A DNA stretch of 63,769 nt, the filler included, from Collodictyon triciliatum (lineage: Eukaryota), in NCBI GenBank assembly GCA_043381765.1. It is 17 parts of 17 records of this genome, joined end to end, with 100 filler letters (N's around TTAATTAATTAA, not from the genome) between each part and the next. Parts side by side here need not be neighbours in the genome. Positions count along the whole stretch, not along the records: positions 54,874 to 58,686 come from JBHJMP010006841.1; positions 58,787 to 62,599 come from JBHJMP010006842.1; positions 62,700 to 63,769 come from JBHJMP010006951.1; 14 more parts are not named here. One strand, 5' to 3'. A program made the translations under genes and the position numbers. The notes beneath the pieces were generated by a model. That model had not been told where the DNA came from. It saw only the letters and a program-made list of their open reading frames with translations, and searched no databases. Positions 55,600 to 63,769 of the stretch are shown piece by piece. Every line of letters starts with the position of its first letter. The first letter of the stretch is position 1.

Positions 55600-58512
55600 C
55601 TATATCTCGTCATAACTAGCGTCTAGTGCTATATTTTTCTTTCGTATATTTGGACGCGCGTGCTTGTCTCGCAATCGATATTGGAGAAGGGAGCTTGAAG
55701 ACACTCCGATTTTCAGGTCAAGCATTTTGATTTCATTCTATTACACAGGTTAATTGATTTTGGATTCATCAGTCATCGGATGTATATATCTGGTAGAGAA
55801 ATGCTCTATATAAATACTGCCAACTTCTTTTTTCTTGAAAAAAAAGAGCCATCCACAGGGGAAAATAATATTAACAAGCCGCATATTTATGTTGGATATG
55901 TTATGTGTATTATTGCTCGGTTTTGAGTGTGACATGCATTATCACCTTGATACTGGACAATGCAGCCTTGATTTTGGTGACAGGGGTGGCATCAGAAATG
56001 CTTGTGCTCAACTCTTCCATATGACGCTATTATATGGGATAAATCAAACTGTGTGTAAAACCGTTTCTTCATTTGCATATTTGAAATAATATTTATACGC
56101 CACATATTTAGAGGGCACTAATGTATTTTTTATAATCTGATTCATGAATTGAACTAAAGGATTTGTTTATAAAATTGAAATAAATGGCCACATGAAATAT
56201 AGATTTTTTTTGGTTTCTTTTCAACAGTTTATTGAGAGACAACAAAGCCGAGGAATCCACATGAAATATAGATATATGTGTGTGTCAAGCAGAAACCTTG
56301 ATTGTATCCAATTCGTCAGATACACGTGTCAGCTCATTAGTATATGCGGTTATTTGGTGGCTACTATTTTTGTACCGCTCACTTGTTTCGTTTAGTTTGC
56401 TCTGAGATTGTTTGAAGTCTGATGTCTTGAAGGCACCGACAGGTATATAAGTGGTAAGTACTGTTTGATAAGTATACAAGTTATAGATTATAAGGCGCAC
56501 AAGAAAAAAGAAAAGTAGGGACGGAATATCATACCAGATTGTTGAATTGTGAGTTGAGTGTGTTCTCACGAGCCTGAATTTTCTCAAGTGCTTTGAGGAT
56601 TTCACCTCCAAATTTTTCGAGTGAGGCAGAGGTTTCTATCATATTCTTTGCGATGGCCTAGCAGTTACAACAATACAATATCCTTTTCAGATGTTTGTAT
56701 CAAAGTTAAGTTTGAAAATTACACTATTTAAATTATTTTTGCTCGAAGTTTATAAGTGACAGGATAATCAAAGAAACAAAAAAAAAGGAAAAAATGGGAA
56801 AAAAAAACATTCATGATTTCATAGATATTAGGAAACATGCCTCTTGGTTTGTCGTCATCGACTCCAAGTGGCTGCGCCATTCCCTAGAATCTGCTTGGAT
56901 CGTTAGCTTCAGCAAGGGTCGAACTCGCTCTAGTTCAATCTTCCAGGCATTTCCGTCCACTTTGGAAACTAGGACTTCGTCTCTACATCGGAAAACGTAT
57001 ATTATATAGAATGACGGTTTGTGTGTGAAATGGTGAAAAGTCCCATTGAAACCAGAACTTACGGTAATTCTTGATGTTTTTTCGAGTCATCTGGAAACAT
57101 TTCCTCATCACCACCATATACGTCTCCAACTTCATCGGCAATGTCAGCCATGGCATCGTTTTCATTATCTCCGGTGATTTCATCAGCATATCTGTGCATC
57201 AAAGGATGTAATTAGTGTACAATATTACGTGTAATGCGTCGCATGGCAGAAAAATTAGAGTCATTGAAATTCGCTATCGAATGGCGAAGGAATGAAAAAA
57301 ATCAGGGTTTAAAGGAAATATCGTTTATGTCATAATATACATAACGCCAGAATAAAAAAAATGAAAAGAGAGAGAGAGGAATCATTAAAGCATAAACTTG
57401 GTTGGATTTTTTGAATCGAATAAAGGAGGGAAAATTTTGTTGGATTTTAAGCGCGAAACTAATCATAAACAAAATTATGTATTTTTGACTATATCTATGG
57501 TAAGAAGGTGGTGAAATAAGAGAATATTTATGACACTTTGAGTTGCGAATTACCCGTCTGGGCGGTGCACGACAGTACTAAACCGAATGACTTTTTTCAT
57601 ACATAAATCAGTCAATGCTTTCAAAATTGACAAAACTGCCTCTCCGTGACCAACTTTGATTTTTTGTGCTGGGAAATCAATCGTAATACCCATTTTTCTC
57701 AGCTCGAGAACTATAAGAATATCAAATGATTCATATCAATGCTACAATTTTCCGATTTTATATAACGTATTAAATATGAAGTGTATTTATCATGTTTTAT
57801 GTATGAACCATTGGAGCATCCTATTTATTTTACTTTATTTATATGTATCTTATTTATCTTATTTATATGTATACTGTGCGCAATTCATTACGAATGGATG
57901 AAGATGTGGTGTTCGGGTCGTCAAACTGAGCGGGCGGTGCATAATAGTGATTGTTCAGCCCCATCAGCCAAGAAGTAAGACTTGTGAAATAATAGAACTG
58001 CTGTTGCGGCTTTATATGTGGCTTGCAGAAATAGGAACGCTCGAGTTTGGGGAAATTTCTTTAAAAAATAAAGAAAAAAGAAGGAAGAAGGCATAATTTT
58101 AAAGTTAATATAATAAGATAGCATGTATTTCGCCTATAATGAATGTAAGGGTATGCATATATGTCTTTTTGAAATAGCTATTTCATTTTAATAAAAATCC
58201 TTGCTTCGTCTTGCAAAACTTTGACTCGTAGTCCAGAAGCTTCATCGTTTCCAGTATTTCATCCACCATCAAAAACGAGTTCGCATCAGCCTGAGAGAGG
58301 ATTTTAGAATGTTTACTAGCAATATTATTCATGAACCCGGATCAAATAATGATAAATAAGTATGTAAATGATAATCTTACTAATAGGTCATGTTAATTAG
58401 TTAACAAATAAATAGCGCATATGATAGATAAAGGAAGAAATACCTCTAAATTCGTCTTGCCGACTCCCTCGCGTCGTCCGTCAGTGGGTAGGTAACGCTC
58501 GTCCTCTTCCAT
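55600..58512 (-). CDS. IFT57: Intraflagellar transport protein 57 (Hippi), complete, 10 exons
   Basis: Motifs [121 protein letters not shown] and [14 protein letters not shown] at 58512, TAG at 55600. Confidence 0.93.
56188..56273 (-). mobile_element. Family C truncated insertion (52 nt) with perfect 17-bp TSD, in an IFT57 intron
   Basis: CCACATGAAATATAGAT at 56188-56204 and 56257-56273. Confidence 0.88.
57394..57448 (+). mobile_element. Family A micro-insertion with degenerate 17-bp TSD, in an IFT57 intron
   Basis: AAACTTGGTTGGATTTT [TTGAATCGAATAAAGGAGGGA] AAATTTTGTTGGATTTT. Confidence 0.75.
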
Positions 58513-59725
58513 GCTCCAGGTCTTTCAAATATCTAGGTCATAAATATATTCCTCGGTTTTCTTTTGTTTTTTGTTTTTTATGTTTTGGTTTTTTTGGTTT
58601 TTTTGGTTTTTTTGGTTTTTTTGGTTTTTTTGGTTTTTTTGGTTTTTTTGGTTTTTTTGGTTTTTTTGGTTTTTTTGGTTTTTTTGNNNNNNNNNNNNNN
58701 NNNNNNNNNNNNNNNNNNNNNNNNNNNNNNTTAATTAATTAANNNNNNNNNNNNNNNNNNNNNNNNNNNNNNNNNNNNNNNNNNNNAAAAAAAAGAAAAA
58801 AGAGAAAAAAGAGAAAAAAGAGAAAAAAGAGAAAAAAGAGAAAAAAGAGAAAAAAGAGAAAAAAGAGAAAAAAGAGAAAAAGAGAGAGAAAAAGAGAGAG
58901 AAAAAGAGAGAGAAAAAGAGAGAGAAAAAGGAATGAAAAGAAAAAAGAAAAAAGAAAAATGAGAAAAATGAGAAAATGAGAATATAAAAGAGAAAAAGAA
59001 AAATGAGGAAAATGAGGAAAATGAGGAAAATGAGGAAAATTAGAAAAATGAGAAAATGAGAAAATGAGAAAATGAGAAAATGAGAAAATGAGGAAAAATG
59101 AGAAAATGAGAAAATGAGAAAATGAGAAAATGAGAAAATGAGAAAATGAGAAAATGAGAAAAGAAAAAGGTATGAAAAGAAAAGAAGAGAAAAAGGAGTA
59201 AAACATATCAGGTGCAGAACATACGCTGCTGTGTGTATATAATTCCCACAACAGAAAGTACATGGGATCGTTAGTGAAGCGGAAAATGGTGAATAAAAAG
59301 AGCCCAATTGTGCTGGACACACATACACGCTTCGCACTTTGCACTTAGTGAGAAGAAGGTGGCCTGAGTAAATAATAGTGAACGATTTGACAAGGACTGA
59401 AGGGTTTGGATGCGTTGTGGTAAGCATGCGAAAAGCTGAGGATTCCATGGACCTTACACTCATTAAGAAATAAGCATTTTATAATTACATTATAACACAC
59501 ATACTCATATATATGATTTCCTAACGCATATCATTGATAGAATCAATAATGAAGGAGCAATTAAAGTATATAATTTATATTCCACATTTGATCCCCATTC
59601 TTTCGTCGCCTCCGATCGTTTGATTCCTCCGCCAGACAAACACGCCACCCGCAACATGACTGATGATACTCTTTGATGTTTATGGATGCAAGGTTCTGTC
59701 ATGTATTTTCCTATTATCTGAGAGG

Positions 59726-60298
59726 CTAGGCATCGGCATTTGCAATCCTGGGTCGATGAATCCAGTAATACGATATAAACGCAAAGATGATGATAGCGAG
59801 ACCAGAGTTGAAGAAGATGAACCCGAAAATACGTGCAGCCGGGTCGCTATCGCGGTCACTTTCCTCTCCGTTGGCCACAGAGAAAAAGATAGCAGACAAC
59901 ATGAATGAGAGATATGTAATGAATATATAGAGCGTGGTTTTCGGGTGGGGCGGGTCGAAGTAAGATTGCCTTGGGCGGATATGGGGCGTGGTATGGCCTG
60001 TGGAAGAACGCCCTTGATGGCCTTGCTGCGCCTGGTTGGGGTGATGCGCTTCGGGATTGTAGACGCCATATGACGGGTATCCGTAGATTGGAACAGGCGT
60101 TGTTTGTATGTCGCCTGGGTTGTAGTTTTGTGGAGGCGGATATTGCACCGGAGTCACGACAACTGGGCCGGGATTCGTGCTGCCTGGTGGATATTGGGCT
60201 CCGTATGGGCGAGCGTAGATATAGGCTGGTGTGTTCTGATCGACAGGTGGATACTGCGCAATAGGCTGAAGGGCTTCGCTCTGGCTTGTTCCGCCCAT
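59726..60298 (-). CDS. Pro/Tyr/Gln-rich protein with two C-terminal transmembrane helices
   Basis: Repeated QYPP motifs, then LYIFITYLSFMLSAIFFSV and IFGFIFFNSGLAIIIFAFISYYWI. The true start may lie in an upstream exon. Confidence 0.65.
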   Translation of the reverse strand: MGGTSQSEALQPIAQYPPVDQNTPAYIYARPYGAQYPPGSTNPGPVVVTPVQYPPPQNYNPGDIQTTPVPIYGYPSYGVYNPEAHHPNQAQQGHQGRSSTGHTTPHIRPRQSYFDPPHPKTTLYIFITYLSFMLSAIFFSVANGEESDRDSDPAARIFGFIFFNSGLAIIIFAFISYYWIHRPRIANADA

Positions 60299-61019
60299 GG
60301 CTTGTGGTGAAGTTTGCTTCCTGTGTGTCGGGATTGTGGGAGCCACTTTATCCTCTTATTTTTTCTTCTATCTCATTTCTCTTGTTTTTTTTATTTAATT
60401 ATTTGCTTTTAATTCTTTTTTCACTTCTTTGGTCTTTATTTCAATAAATAACAAAGGCGTCTCCTCATGCGCTCCAAACATATGTCCCTTTGTTGGGACG
60501 GCAAAGTGCCACATTACAAGAGCCCAGGGTCGCTGGCCATCAACCAAGCGCTATGAATACTCGCGCCAATCTACATACGCATGCAGGAACAAATTGTATC
60601 CCAGTGGAGTGGATGTAGACTGACTATCACAAACAAAAACAAAAAATCAAAAAAAAATGCAAATACAAAAAAAAATACTTAGAAACCTAAAAGCAAAAGC
60701 AAAGAGAAAAAAAAAGCTTTGTGCTCGAATGAGCCAAAAAAGGAATGAATGCGCAGCCCAGCACCTCGCCGAAGCTTGTTTCACAGAGTCACCACGAGCT
60801 ACACCCTAATATGAAGCAGGACCACATTCTTGAAGCAGCGCCACACCGAGAAGGGAAAAAATATGGATGCATTAAAGTATAAAAGAAGTAATGGAAGAAA
60901 AAAATACATTTCGATGTGAAAATATGTAGCTACCTGGATGATAAAAGAAATAGTAACACTAAAACTGCAAAAGCACGCAACTCTTTTGTGAAGATTTTTT
61001 TTTTATTCTTTTTTTGTTT

Positions 61020-62164
61020 CTACACAGATGTTGCCAGGTCCTTGGCCCCTGGAGGGAAAAATGAGGAAGATGTTTCACCGAGTTTGTAATGCAAAACCTT
61101 TTGTGTTGTAGCGAGCTCCGTGGTGTGTGTGATGATGATCTAATAGAAAAATGTAGAATAGGATATCTTTGCATGAAAGTGATATAACGCTCCAGTTGGT
61201 GAGATTTTCTTCTTTTTTTTTTAAAAAAAAAAAACACACCCGTATTGCTATCAATAGTCAAAAAAAAAAAGGCTAAAAAAGAGAGTTGCATATTTTGTAC
61301 AGACCTGCCCATGAACGTCCCGAGCGTAGCCTGTCTCCAAAGGCGAGACATCCACCAACACATCCGACGCACTCTGCAAATATTCAAAGATGAAGCTCGT
61401 GTCGTCTGCAGCAAAGCTCGCCGAGATGATTCCATCGACGATGATCTAAATCAGAGGAAAAAAGAGTCAATACTAACCACCATTCTTGACAGCAGCGACA
61501 ACTGCGTCCAACAGGCAATAGAGTCGAGTTAAACCTTGCGCATCCTCGTCAAGGCCCTCACCCAAGCCACCCACCCCATGAAAACCTCTGCCCCAGCCAC
61601 AGACGCCCACTCGTGCAAATCAGGCATCACAAACAAACACCGCGCAACACCATCACAAACCGCAGAACCCAGAAATGCAGCGACCGCCTCTCTTGTCGCA
61701 CTCACATCGTCGCCCACGCAGACCGAAAAGCCCGGTCGCACCGACACAAACGGCAGCCCTGCACAAAACGACGACTCGTCGGCAGACCCTGCAAAGAGCG
61801 GGTGGGGCCAAGCAAGCAGTGATGCCGCTTCAACGCGCGCTGGGCTGGTACCGTACTTTTGATCGTGATCGTGATCATGATCGTTTCCGTCCCAAGGGCT
61901 GCAGACGGGAATCCAGGCCAAGATGCAGCGCTGCGAGGCTGCCGGAGTCAGTGCGAGAGCCTTGCGGAGATGATGCGCGTGATGAATCAGCGTGGCGTGC
62001 GGCGCCAAAAGGATGATCGCCTCCCGCTCAGGCGACAAAGCGGCGGCCTGCAGAGCCTGCTGCAAGGAGAAGCGGCTGTCTGCTCGCACGCCCACGGCCC
62101 GGTCCACACGAAGGCGGCCGTTGCTGCTGCTGCGCTCGAGTTGGGTGTCCAGTGCGCGGTACAT
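61020..62164 (-). CDS. ELP6: Elongator complex subunit 6 (RecA-like), 3 exons
   Basis: Exon 2 FEYLQSASDVLVDVSPLETGYARDVHGQ and exon 3 LHYKLGETSSSFFPPG match the Elp6 C-terminal pattern L.TG..RDVHG.L…Y.I.…FF..G. The N-terminal D.RF.LQQ and HH.HHLRK segments also fit. Confidence 0.8.
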
Positions 62165-62825
62165 CGGGCCTGCTTGCTGTGGTGTTTGTTTTTGTTGCCT
62201 GGAAGATTTATTCTTTCTCTACTTTTTCATTTCACTTATTATTATTTTATTTTTTTTTGCTTTTGCTTTTGCTTTTGGGTTTCAGTGTTTATTTTAATAC
62301 TGTTTTTTTTTTCATTTACTTCGGAGTTATATACTAACAAGGAGTTAGTCGGGCTCGCTTGAGAAAAAAAAAAAGGAAAGAAATGCTGGCGGCACTAAGA
62401 CTGTTGTTGTCTGTGCGGCTGTGCCTGATTGAAACCGGGGCTCTTGCTTTTTTATTTTTCAAAGTATCTTCAAACAATGAAATTGGAACTCGTGCACATC
62501 ATACAATACAATACAATACAATACAATACAATACAATACAATACAATACAATACAATACAATACAATACAATACAATACAATACAATACAATACAATACN
62601 NNNNNNNNNNNNNNNNNNNNNNNNNNNNNNNNNNNNNNNNNNNTTAATTAATTAANNNNNNNNNNNNNNNNNNNNNNNNNNNNNNNNNNNNNNNNNNNNT
62701 TTTTTTAAATTCTTCCTCCCTTTTTTTTTTTTTTTTTTTTTTTTTTGAATCCTGCGGACAGTATCCATTCAAAATTAATAGAAAACTTAGACTGACAATT
62801 TGTTAAGTCATCAACACAGCTATGA

Positions 62826-63635
62826 GCACCACTAACAAATGTCCTTTTAGCGCCGAATCTTTCAATACCACCAAGTCCAACGCTGATTCCACCAAACATC
62901 TCACCAAACCTTACTCCTCTCATCGACAAATCCTGGGAAATAAGTTCCCTGGACGTAAAAATGGGAAAAAAGATCGGACAAGGAGCGAATGGAGAGGTTC
63001 CAATTCAATATTATTTTTGTATCACAAGGTAAATATATATCCGCCATGTCCGACTCATCTGTCATCAAATCGACCAGGTTTACCAAGGATTGTTTCGTGG
63101 AACAGAGGTTGCGATTAAGAAGCTTTTCTCACAACATCTATCCGAGGAGCTCATCCGGGAATTTCGAGCAGAAGTCCAAACTATGTTGTATGTGTTAAAA
63201 TCGCAAAAATAGACCAAATGCATATCTGATAATGTCCTCTTGATTTTTTCCCATTATTGCAAACCCCTTATTGCATTTGTGAATAAAATTCAAAATGCAC
63301 CTTCCTGGGGAATTATATTTGATAAATTCATCGATTTGTCAAACCAAAGTATGCAAGTAAGCGTGTGATTAAGTTAAAGAAACACCGCAAATAGCCACTT
63401 GAGACACCCAAATGTTTGTCTGTTTATGGGTGCGTGGGCAGAGCTTCATGACCTGTGCATCGTCATGGAATTCTGTGCTCGAGGTTCTCTCTACGACGTC
63501 ATCAAAAACAGCCGCCCGCCTTTGCCCCTTCCACGCAGATTGCGCATCGCCTATGATGTTTCGTTGGGTGTCAGCTATTTGCACGGGAAAAAACCGCCCA
63601 TCGTCCACCGAGACCTGAAATCGCCAAACATCTTG
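62826..63635 (+). CDS. Raf/CTR1-like tyrosine-kinase-like (TKL) protein kinase, internal fragment
   Basis: WEI…KIGQGANGE|VYQGLFRGTEVAIKKL…EFRAEVQTM|HLRHPNVCLFMGA…CIVMEFCARGSLYD…YLHGKKPPIVHRDLKSPNIL. Confidence 0.93.
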
Positions 63636-63695
63636 GTTTTTTTTATTATTATTATTATTTTTTTATGAATTTGTACTGCTTTTTAAATAACCTTG

Positions 63696-63769
<74 letters not shown>

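Noticed and set aside
61536-62362. Plus-strand ORFs overlapping ELP6 exon 1, and similar antisense ORFs over the DOMON and TTC39 exons
   Set aside because: They are antisense shadows of GC-rich coding exons.

Overview
This window is not one locus. It is 17 unrelated contigs, 16 of ~3.8 kb in decreasing size order plus a partial last one, joined by 100-nt artificial spacers (N-runs around TTAATTAATTAA). Most contigs break at microsatellites or repeats. The DNA is from an AT-rich, intron-rich microbial eukaryote that uses the standard genetic code. It is probably flagellated, since it encodes IFT57 and a zeta-type tubulin. Genes reconstructed by hand from exons: an ARID transcription factor, a secreted kelch-repeat protein, a multi-DOMON/EGF/cytochrome b561 protein, zeta-tubulin, GNL3/Nug1 GTPase, TTC39/Iml2, a DUF4062 protein, an LRR protein, type II pantothenate kinase, IFT57, ELP6 and a Raf-like TKL kinase. 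The most striking unexplained structure is a dense scatter (~18 copies) of extremely short A-tailed insertions from three families. Several are only 17-26 nt long, most are flanked by 13-18 bp target-site duplications, and they lie mostly in introns. This points to non-LTR retrotransposition that usually aborts almost immediately. Also notable: an apparent excess of GC-AG introns, a putative extracellular multi-heme DOMON chain with a recent module duplication, a ~105-aa insertion in the zeta-tubulin T7-loop region, one-repeat-per-exon LRRs, and two satellite arrays. All calls come from manual reading and motif recognition, not database searches.
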